A stretch of DNA of 64,000 nt. Source: Flectonema sp. DT1601. Its lineage: Eukaryota. This document shows, in pieces, positions 45,001-54,200 of the stretch (its first letter is position 1; each line of letters opens with the position of its first letter). The notes beneath the pieces are model-generated. The model saw only the letters and a list, made by a program, of their open reading frames with translations, was not told the origin of the DNA and searched no databases. The stretch covers positions 620,001 to 684,000 of the forward strand of contig OZ025783.1 of assembly GCA_964019425.1 (NCBI GenBank), in the 5' to 3' direction. The position numbers were made by a program, and so were the translations under genes.

Positions 45001-46408
45001 ATTCAACAACGTGTTCCTTGACCTCCTCACTAACTCCCTCTCAAGGAAGTCTGCTGCTGGTAATGTAATTGATTCTCTGGAAACCTCATCCATCTCAATG
45101 ATATTCAGTTCATTGTTAGCCTGTAAGAATAGACTCTTAACAGCTCGTATTGCTTCCTACTACTCTGAGCAATTGTTACCTTTCTTTAAGAAACACAATC
45201 AAATTAGTGGACTCTCACAACGCGATACAGATTTAGGAACTGAGCTCGAAACTGACTTGTTCCCAGATTATGAACAATCAAAGTGTAGAATGGTACAACT
45301 CGGTGATGACTTAGCAACGCTTGATTGGACAGTCCCGATACCAGTCGCATCGCAGAGAATGACGTCGGCGAAATCTCAAGACAAGAAACAGGAAAAGATT
45401 ACAAACAGAATTGAAGCGAAGAGAAAGTTTGGAGAGGAGTTTGCCGTCAAACTTGATCAACATGACAGCTCAATGGATATTGATGCCGTGATCGGAGCTG
45501 TAGCAGCAAAAGACACTTCGAAAATAACGGCAGGCGCTGACTCTGTAAAACAACAGGACGAGAACGAGGACCAGTTCAGTGATGAAGATCAACCACCATC
45601 CCTGGCTGGTGCTACCCCTTGCGCCTCTGCAAAGAAGCGCTCACAGAAACCTGAACCTAAAAAGAAACCGAAAAAATCTGAGCCAACGAAGCGTACTAAG
45701 AAGTCACCAACTAAAAAGACTGTCAAGGAAGTAACCAAACAAAATACAAAGAAAGACGATCCTGCACCGAAGTCAAAGAGCAGAAAGACGAAAGTAGCGA
45801 AAGTAGCAAAAGACGACCCTACCCAAACAAAGCTAGAGAAGAAACCAAAGGCAACTCAGGAGGAAGTTACTGCCACCGAAAAGAAAGCAACAAAGACGAG
45901 AAAGAATGTACACAAGGAGGAAAACAACGAGTCGAAGCCAAGCAAACGTTCCGAAAGAAGAGTTAAGCCAGCAGTAGAGTGTGAAGAACTTATTGAGAAC
46001 CCTCCACCGAAATTAAATTTAAAACAATTGATATCAGAGGAATCAGATGACGATTTCGATCTTCCTGTCGTATCTCGAAAAGCATCACAGACTCCGGGTG
46101 CCAAAACTCCAACTAGCGCTCAACAGAAGTCAGTAATATCGCAATCGGTGAGGTCTAAAAATGAATTATTTCTAGAGAGTGAGCTCGGCTTCTCGGAAAC
46201 TCCCAAGGCGTCCGATCCATCAGATGCGATAAGTCAGATAAAAGCAGCCTCTGCATCAGCAAAGTCAAAGAATAACCTTCTCATCAGCACCCTCTTCGAC
46301 GACGACGACGAGGACGATGACGAAGACGAATCTCAAGCTGGAGATAATGAAATGATGGAACTTCTGAGATCCTTAGCCTCTCGAGTTAAGCGCAAGCAGG
46401 AGGCATAA
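42005..46408 (+). CDS. NCAPG2: Condensin II non-SMC HEAT subunit CAP-G2
   Basis: Segment NAVLRSNGICLLGDHFPI..QLQLLFRALHDPVSIVRANAVVSICKVLKTHWNELP..MSFDKADHAVR..LDDPNARVRQAY follows the CAP-G2 conserved block as I recall it; long K/E-rich disordered tail. Confidence 0.75.
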   Translation: MEPKTPSALRGERGMAWLYEVGDEKKFVESCPTEKLEVMGVKIRDAVESVFISDDNGEIVIEDDMGGEDKAITICKLLQYFAESENAKANTDLSDSATVLGGSILQLHEYPEVMKAAGDALAVLLDKECVPATQVLTNLSLIAVYLAGTPQVTLRDVTRLKTIRRFLCQIGWRDPRAAEFLNQVKLLINPKFLQIEGSADVMITLFSQSAFITKTLHKTMMVKTLRACRYRETARLSYISCMVKVWQGLDGLNGAVFEQEVMKEYVTLAVNADTKHFHQVREALVKFRELSAVGYNGKCKEGLKRLMKESDVLSNLDVPNAVLRSNGICLLGDHFPIGDTTGKAAVEKMLIEQLQLLFRALHDPVSIVRANAVVSICKVLKTHWNELPKSTALPCLDAIFSKMSFDKADHAVRLSALKSIRSELLTAPLMQEIIKKLIGTLKHLDDPNARVRQAYTQILLDLSENPTFPVSEVINDEALIRRLSVEKKKFVMENLIKLVKNNLWTFIDPSNPTTEELKTAVKKLLVVATKYASAAVNIYRHLARQPKFKPQLFITLVRGVLQWVSGATTVKDIKQIEHILAVVSAITLEIRTKIIGKVRHMKTLASHIETSALNVIENQYNSSIVKQLLTQIRAVVSICIGDSPNAEGERKSLMNLLKDTPTDRLLISKCISAGLTSEMLAYCNENIAKGSDSVFLATEMLHNEQASQTILSDARWSTLCDSVAENVKLLVGRMRADVASFTDSDIKNTGAQIELLGRLSLHGACKREEESNKATKALKRQKKTADVSTVDTAQPKTDEDLKAITKLMTDTLLPTANKIKSKSALLAVTIAEQVLVFITQGINCGLLVKRLAVTAESALINGPVIVNTLLSIDSHLMPCVLVLVSRSLEMHISHLMFNNWMDMIMSLFRTIISQIDELSVVPKDTPFADAEDLRTRVWGHFADHGLHIKHIDSFASAIVRCNPPEVVRDITETLWCHTLTVGGYSVAPYLVAEFCKHKPFNNVFLDLLTNSLSRKSAAGNVIDSLETSSISMIFSSLLACKNRLLTARIASYYSEQLLPFFKKHNQISGLSQRDTDLGTELETDLFPDYEQSKCRMVQLGDDLATLDWTVPIPVASQRMTSAKSQDKKQEKITNRIEAKRKFGEEFAVKLDQHDSSMDIDAVIGAVAAKDTSKITAGADSVKQQDENEDQFSDEDQPPSLAGATPCASAKKRSQKPEPKKKPKKSEPTKRTKKSPTKKTVKEVTKQNTKKDDPAPKSKSRKTKVAKVAKDDPTQTKLEKKPKATQEEVTATEKKATKTRKNVHKEENNESKPSKRSERRVKPAVECEELIENPPPKLNLKQLISEESDDDFDLPVVSRKASQTPGAKTPTSAQQKSVISQSVRSKNELFLESELGFSETPKASDPSDAISQIKAASASAKSKNNLLISTLFDDDDEDDDEDESQAGDNEMMELLRSLASRVKRKQEA

Positions 46409-47120
46409 ATGTCGACCTTTGTTCTGTACGGATGTCAGTTTCTTGTGAGTTTGTTTTTTTCTTCCTCGCGTCTGCTGCTAAAAGAAGAAAAACGAAAAAA
46501 AAAGAAATCCTTTTCATCACAAAGGTCTACTCGTAGCATTTTAATTGGTAGAGTTCTCGCACTACAGACCAGTGGTTGTTCGGCCACACTTGTTTTCTAA
46601 GTTTTTTTTTTTGTAGATTTTATGACTCCTATTTTTGGTTTTTTTGTTTAATGTGATTAGATTTTTTTTCCACATTTGAATTATTTCGTCGTTTCTTTTT
46701 TTACAATACGGCTCATACTGCATATTATATCTATTGTGGTGAAAATGTTTTCACGATTTTTTTTTTTTTATTCCCCTTTAATCTTTTTTTAGATCTTATT
46801 AGATATTTACCTTCCTGTCTTTCTATCGTCACTAGAGAAGATAAAGAACAGAAAAAAAAAAAAATATAGAAGTAAAAAATAAAAACAAAAAATTCCCCAC
46901 CCACAACAGTCACACTTCGTAGATACTCTTTATTCCTATGAATAAATCGTGTGATATAGACTAAGATAACGATAATAATTTCTTTTTATAAAGCATTCTC
47001 ATTTTATGACGGTGGTGGTGGGGGGGGGGGAGCGATACTTCGATGGGTAAGTAAGAAATAAAATTATATTACTGCTGCTTCACATTTACGTTAATAATCA
47101 CAAACAGGCATATCAATAAG

Positions 47121-47813
47121 ATGCAATTGCTAAAAAGTGTCATCACGAAGAGTGCTTCGGAGACGCTGCCACAGTTTTTAGCGAGAGTGCCCCCTTCGTC
47201 TACAACCAGTGATGCTGGTTCTTGGATAGGAGTAAGCAAAAGTAGTATGTGGGAAGAGGAAGAGTACCATTGTGGAGAATCTGTGAAGCAATCATTTTCA
47301 ATGTTTTGCAGCGCAGTACGAATGGCGGAAGACAATGAGAGACAAGAAAAGAAGATCACAATGCAGACATTATCGAAATCGGTATTTGAGAAACAGGGTG
47401 CTGTTGGAGGTAAATGGTTATTTAATATCGACAGAGAAGAAGTTGACGACACTTGGGAAAATATTTGCCGAAGTTTATTTGATGATATTTTCGAAGACCG
47501 AGCACAAGTAACAACCGCAGACCCTCTAAGTTTCCAACACTGTATCGCATTATCAACAACTGACTACACAGATACTCGTCTACAAGAGCGATTCGTTAAG
47601 GGAATACGTTCAGCAGGCGTAAGTGGAATGCTTCGCCTTAAACCATTAGCGGCATCTTCACTAGAGTTATATCCGGGTACCTACCCTTGGAGTGAACGAT
47701 CAACTTCATTATTTTATGTTCTTGACGAACAGACTTCTATACTAACACTTCCGGAATACTCAAAACGGAAGATCATTCGCAATGACTTTTCACAAGTTTC
47801 CGGGTTGTTGTAA
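47121..47813 (+). CDS. DUF1917 / C11orf68 (Bles03)-like, eIF4E-like fold protein
   Basis: PPS..WI, GGKWLFNIDREEVDDTWENI, TTDYTD, IRSAGV..LKP..LELY motifs. Confidence 0.7.
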   Translation: MQLLKSVITKSASETLPQFLARVPPSSTTSDAGSWIGVSKSSMWEEEEYHCGESVKQSFSMFCSAVRMAEDNERQEKKITMQTLSKSVFEKQGAVGGKWLFNIDREEVDDTWENICRSLFDDIFEDRAQVTTADPLSFQHCIALSTTDYTDTRLQERFVKGIRSAGVSGMLRLKPLAASSLELYPGTYPWSERSTSLFYVLDEQTSILTLPEYSKRKIIRNDFSQVSGLL

Positions 47814-48215
47814 CTTTCAGACGATATCTATCAAGCGATTCCCTAAAAGTAGTGAATTGATTGTCATTGATACCTGACTGTGATATTATTAATATCGACT
47901 ACTTACTTGATAACAATAAAAGGACAACAAGATTCATGTCCTTATCTAGGGACACGGCATTAAGGATAACTCTAGAAGAAAAAAGAATAGAATTATAAAA
48001 ACCCATGTAGGATGAGTTGGAAACCAAATCCGATACCTGATAGTTTTAATTTTGCTGACGCACAGCGTTCGAGCAATTCCTAACTTGTTCTTTTTCAGAT
48101 TACGTCAACTTAATGTCAGTGATGAAGTTCCTTAATTGCTGTTAGTCTGATGTACGTATCTTGTGTTTTAATAATATCAATTCTACCTCAGCCTAAAACA
48201 GGGTGGGCAGCAACA

Positions 48216-51200
48216 ATGAGAGCGGCTATTGGATTTATATTACTAGTCTCATGCATGGATGCTGTCGCCCAACTCCAACTCACGGTTAGATGTCGGTCCA
48301 AGGCAACATCCGAGGCCTGTGAAGAAACGGGCTGTTCTTCTACATGTGAAACTCGAATAGGAGACAATGTAGCTCTCGGGATGGATGTCGATACTGCAAT
48401 GACAGTAGTTGGTCGTCAGTTTCCGAGGGCCTGCGGACCTTGTGTGATTCACGATTTGTGTGAAACTAAGATGGATTTGCACGCATGTCCGACTGCTATG
48501 AATTGTGGAACATGTGGATCCAAAATACTACATGAACTAAGTAATGGTAATTCTGATGCTCTTGCAAAAGTAGCAGGTAACGAAGCAGTGTGCAGTGCGT
48601 GTGGTACTCCAAGGGGTGTAACTAACGTGTGTTATGCTGTGTGGAACACTCAAGTATGTGTAGGTGATTCATGTAAGACATGTGGAGATAGGATAACTGA
48701 GGAATATACGAATGGCAGGAAAATTGCTACCTCAATGAATATCATCGGGTCCCAGTTCTCATTGTGTTCTGACTGCTCTTCTCTACCGCGGGGGGTTCCG
48801 TCTTCATGTGCACCTTATTGGACGATGAATGCAAATGGGCTTGAGTGCGGGATGAGAATTAATCGGAAGATCACCAACAGCGTGACGGGAGACGTTGCTG
48901 CTACAATGGTAGCGGAACAATTTCCAATGGAATGTCTTGGATGTGCCACACCTACTGGAGTCACCGCGAAGTGTCTCTCTGTTTGGAGTACAAAACTGGA
49001 CTCCACTTGCACAAGTGGCTGTGCTACTTGTGGATCTGCTATCACTGCTGCCGTCAACAGTGGCAGCACAACCGCGGCGTCAATGATTAGTGTCGCTGCT
49101 ACAAACAGCGTTTGTGGACAGTGTGCTCCTCCAACTGGAGTGTCAGAATTGTGTTATTCTGTTTTTAACAACATAGTTTGTGAATATGGAATTTGTAATA
49201 AATGTAGTGATCTCCTGGATAATTTTGTATCTGATAATCTTTTAATAGCGGAGGCTATGGTTAGAGTGGCAACAAATGCCCCAGCTGAGTGCGGGTACTG
49301 TGGAGTGAGTAGCGGATGTTTAGCGATTTGGAACAATCCGTCATGTGGATCCGGTTGTACTGGAAGTGTTCAAACATGTGGACAGGTGGTTCAGAATTCA
49401 CTATCTCAAAGATTACATTCTAACGTTCCAGAAGCACTAACGGCTGCAGCACGTCAGTACTCACCATGTTCTGCTTGCGCCTTTCCAGTTACTCCAGCAC
49501 CAGTTGCTGGTACCCCCAAACCATCGTCGTTCCTTGATACATTTCAACTTCTTTGGGAAGACAAATTCGAAGCCACCGGTCTAAACCCACAACGTTGGGC
49601 TTATGATAATGGAAACGGAGAAGATGGTGAGATTCAAACCTACGCACAGTCAGCAGTTACTGTGTCAGGTCGCAACCTTCTGATTACTGCTACAGGTGGT
49701 ATAACAACAACAAATACGAGTGGTCGGATTACTACAAGAGGACTTAGTGAGATAACATATGGCTATGTAGAAGTTCGTATGAAGCCACCTGCGGCAGCTG
49801 TTGGAGCATCACCAAGAGTGTGGTTTGCTTCAACTGATACCAACTCAATGGGTGTAATTGATATCTTTCGTAATAGCGGCAAGCGTCCTCAGACGGTTCA
49901 CAATTTTGTGCAGACACAAGCAAACAACGGAAAAAATGCCATTGAGTTTTGCACGCTGAGCACTGGATCGCTTTTTAATCCTCGTTGCTTTAACGATGTA
50001 TCTCCGGCGAAGCTTCAAGACGAATTTCACACTTACGCCATGGAGTGGTCTCCCTTTGCAATAGAATTTTATATCGACGATGTACATGTCGGGGTTTATG
50101 ACCGTCCTACAGCACCAACACCCCGAAACTGGCCTTTCACAGGTAAGTTTTACTTAAACATCGCTCTAGCTCTTGGAGGAGAATTCGCTGATAATTTTGC
50201 AAACCCTGCTGCACTGCCTTACACTATGAATGTTGACTATGTTAAAGTGTATCAAAAAACTGCCTTAGTGGGAGTAGAGGGTCCCTGCCTTTTAGTTGCT
50301 AATAAGTTTGCCTGTGAAGTAAACACTTGTAAAACCTGCTTGGAATGGGTTACACTTGAAATTGAAAACGATGGATTGAAACCAGAAGAGGCGATGGCAG
50401 TTGTCGCTAAAAAGTTTACTGCGGTGTGTGGCTTGTGTGGTGTTAGTAATTTATGTCACACGGAAACTTTTGAAAAAATTGCCTGCAGTGGAACCACCTG
50501 TAGCACTCAAAAATGTGGAGAGCTAATAACTACAAAACTAAACAGTAATGACTCAAATAGTTTTTCTGCTGCTCAAATTATCGGAAAACAATATCCGACT
50601 TCGTGTGGTGAGTGTACTGTTCCATCGGGTGTCACAGCGGCTTGTTATGTTTTGTGGAATACACGAGCGTGTGATGCTAATAATCGCTGCTCCACATGCG
50701 GTGAGCGTGTTAGAATGATGTCCGCAAGAACAACGCTGAGTATACAATCAATAATGAATGTGATTGGTTTTGAATTCTCTCAGTGCGCAGCATGTAGCAG
50801 TGTAACTGCAGGTGTTCCTCGTCTCTGCCCACTCGCGTGGGCAGTTGACACGTGTCGGTTATCATCAACATCAACATGCAGTTCATTAAGGTGTTCTGCA
50901 GTAATTGGTAATTTAGTTAGTAATGGAGCGTCTATTACAGATGCAGCAATGCAAGCAGCAGCCACACACCCAACTAGCTGTCAGCAATGTAGTTCAATTG
51001 AAGGAATAACCTCAACTTGTTTAGCAGTATGGAATACTAATGCTTGTGGATTATTTGATATTTGTCAAACTTGTGGTTTCCGCATAGCTGCATTAGTAAC
51101 ATCAGGAAGTAGTCCCGCTGCAGCTATGACTGTAACTGGTAGTGACTTCACAGTGTGTTCTCCATGCAATTCACCAACAGGTATTACTGAACAGTGTTAT

Positions 51201-54200
51201 TCAACATTTACAAGAATGGCCTGTGATGTTGGGATACTTGCTTCTGACAATGTTTGCATGACTTGCGGTGTTCGTATTATGAAGCTGCTTGCTACTAAGA
51301 CAGCTGCAGAAGCGATGCTTCAAGTGTCTATGCAGTACCCTAAAGACTGCGGCTTGTGTGGAATTCCTAACTCTTGCTACGAGATTTGGAATACTCTCAC
51401 TGCTGTGCAGCAACCGCTCCAACCTCCACCAGCAACTTGTGGAAAAGTAATTTCTGACAAGTTAAGTGAATCAATTCAAGCAGATGTAGCGATGTCAGAT
51501 ATATCGATATTATATTCTGCTTGTTCTGAATGTACTCCAGCAACTCCACCAACACCTGTCTCAACGACGATTTTAAAAACTCACAAACTGGTTTGGGAAG
51601 ATACTTTCTCAACACAAACACTCAACCCAAGCTCATGGACAATCTCTACAGGTAGTGGAATTAATAATGAATTACAAACATACTCAGAGAGTAGTGTTTC
51701 TATTGTTAATAACAAACTTGTACTGACAGCATCAAAGAATGGAAACACCATCGAGAGTGGAAGAGTTACTACAAAAGGTAACATAGACTTTACTTTCGGA
51801 TATTTGGAAATCAGTGCGAAAATGCCTCCGGCAGTAAAGGGGTCTGTGACTTCTTTGAAATTAGAGTCGTCAGTTGGTAGCTTTCCAAATGATGGTGAGA
51901 TCAGTATTGGTGATATTCTTGGTTCAATCTCTGGTGTGATTACGTCAAAGATTGAGACGCAAGCATTAAATGGAAACTCAGCAACAAAAAAATGTCTTCT
52001 AACAAAGACATCAGATCCTGATCCAAACTGTAACGAAGAAATAAAAAAACCAAAAACTGATTTATATACCGGCTTTCACAAGTACGCAATTCAATGGACA
52101 CCAGCAGGTATCACAACGTACTTTGATGAACATCAGGTGATGAGGATCCCAAAACCACCAGGTGCACCACGCAACGTATGGCCCTTTGGAAAAGATTTCA
52201 GCATAGCACTTAGCCTGGCTGTGGGAGGTACTGTTGGAGGTGCAAGTGGAGTTGATGAAACAAAGTTTCCATACACATTGGAAGTAGATTCTATAAAATT
52301 ATATAGACAACCACCCCCACAAGGAGTTGTTGAGCCATGCATTTCAGCATTCTACAATTCACGTTGTAGAGGTAATGTTTGTACTACCTGCGGGGAACTA
52401 ATCGAACGAGAGATCAAAGAAGAGAAAAGATCTGCAATCGACGCCATGTGGATAGTAGGAACAAGGAACCCTACCGTATGTGGAAAGTGTACAATAAATC
52501 CAAAATGCTATGAAATCAGAGCTACTGAAGCATGCAGCTCCGGCGTTTGCAAAACCTGCGAATCTCGTATCAATGTAGAGCTGCAATCATCAAATGGAAA
52601 TGCGGCTAAAAAAGTTGGAGTTGCATTCCCAACAGAGTGCGGGTCGTGTACTATTCAACCACAATGCCATGCTATCTGGTTTCACAAAGTCTGTACTGAT
52701 GAAGACGGATGCATCTCTTGTGGTGACAGAATTAACACCCTAGTACAAACCACTAGTTCAACCTTAACCGCAGCAATGAATACTATAGGATACAGATATC
52801 CTGACGTATGTGGTAGTTGTTCTGTAGTCACTCGGGGTGTTCCTACCACGTGTGCTCCATTTTGGGAATTCAATGCTTGTGACTCATCGGGTATTTGTAA
52901 GACTTGTGGTCAGAGAATTAACGAAGCAGCGATGCCATCAACAACAAAATCAGACATATCGATGGGTGTTGCGACTGATTTTCCGGTCTGCAGAGGCTGT
53001 AGCACTATTCCTGGAGTACCATCAAATTGTTTAGGTGTTTGGGATACAATAGCATGTGCTGGTTCTATTTGTGAAACTTGTGGTACAAGAATACAAAACA
53101 TCGTAACAGCAAACAGTTACAGTACAGCTGAAGCAATGATTAGTATAGCATCATTATTTCCGACATCATGTGGTCCGTGTGGACCTCCAGCAGGTGTTAC
53201 AGAGTGGTGTTATGAACATTGGAATGCCGCAACTTGTAATCCAACTACTAAAGTATGTAACACTTGTGGTAGTTTGATAACAAATGAAATCACTGTAGGA
53301 AAGGCTGCTGCAGAAGCAATGTTGTCAGTTGCGAATTCTCAACCAAAATCTTGTACTCTGTGTGGAGTCTCTGCTAATTGTTATAGAATTTGGAGATCTC
53401 CTTCGTGTATTACAAACTGTCCTGCTGTTAGTAGTACTTGTGGTGAGTTAATTATAAACTTAATTCAAGATGGTGTATTTACTTTAGTTAGAGAAGCAGC
53501 TACAGCTGTAGCACGTCAATATCCAAGTTGTAGTGCATGTGGTGATACAACTCCTGTACCCTCACCTACTAGTGGAATCCCAACTACTGTTGGAAGTGAT
53601 TATCATTTAGTTTGGGTTGAAGATTTTAATCAACCCGCTATTGATACATCAGTCTGGCAATACTCTTTGGGAGCTGGTGGTACTAATGAAGTACAATCTT
53701 TTACCCAGGAAGCAGTCTCTGTCCGTGATGGTGTTTTAGTCATAACTGCTGAACAAACACAAGGCGGTATCACTTCTGGAAGAATCCACACAAAAGGAAC
53801 CAAGGATTTTAAATACGGTTACTTAGAAATTAGCGCTAAACTCCCAGCAACTGCAAAGGGTGCAAGAGTAAGCCTATCTATGCTGCCTACAGAAGAAAAA
53901 TATGGTGCGTGGCCTGACAGTGGATCAATTAATGTTGTTAGGCAGAATGGAGATGAGGCAGGTACTATCTATTCAGCTTTAAATTCGCAAGCGGAAAACA
54001 GAAATAACGAACGACTTAGTTGTGGTTTAACTCTGACCTCAGTCTTTAATCCAAAGTGCCACAGCACTGTACTAAATGATGTTACAACATTTAGAGTGTA
54101 CTCAATGTTGTGGACTGAAACACTTGTTGAGATTTATATTGACGGCGTAACCATTGCATCGTTTCCGAGGGTAACGCAGACGACAGCCAGTTGGCCATTT

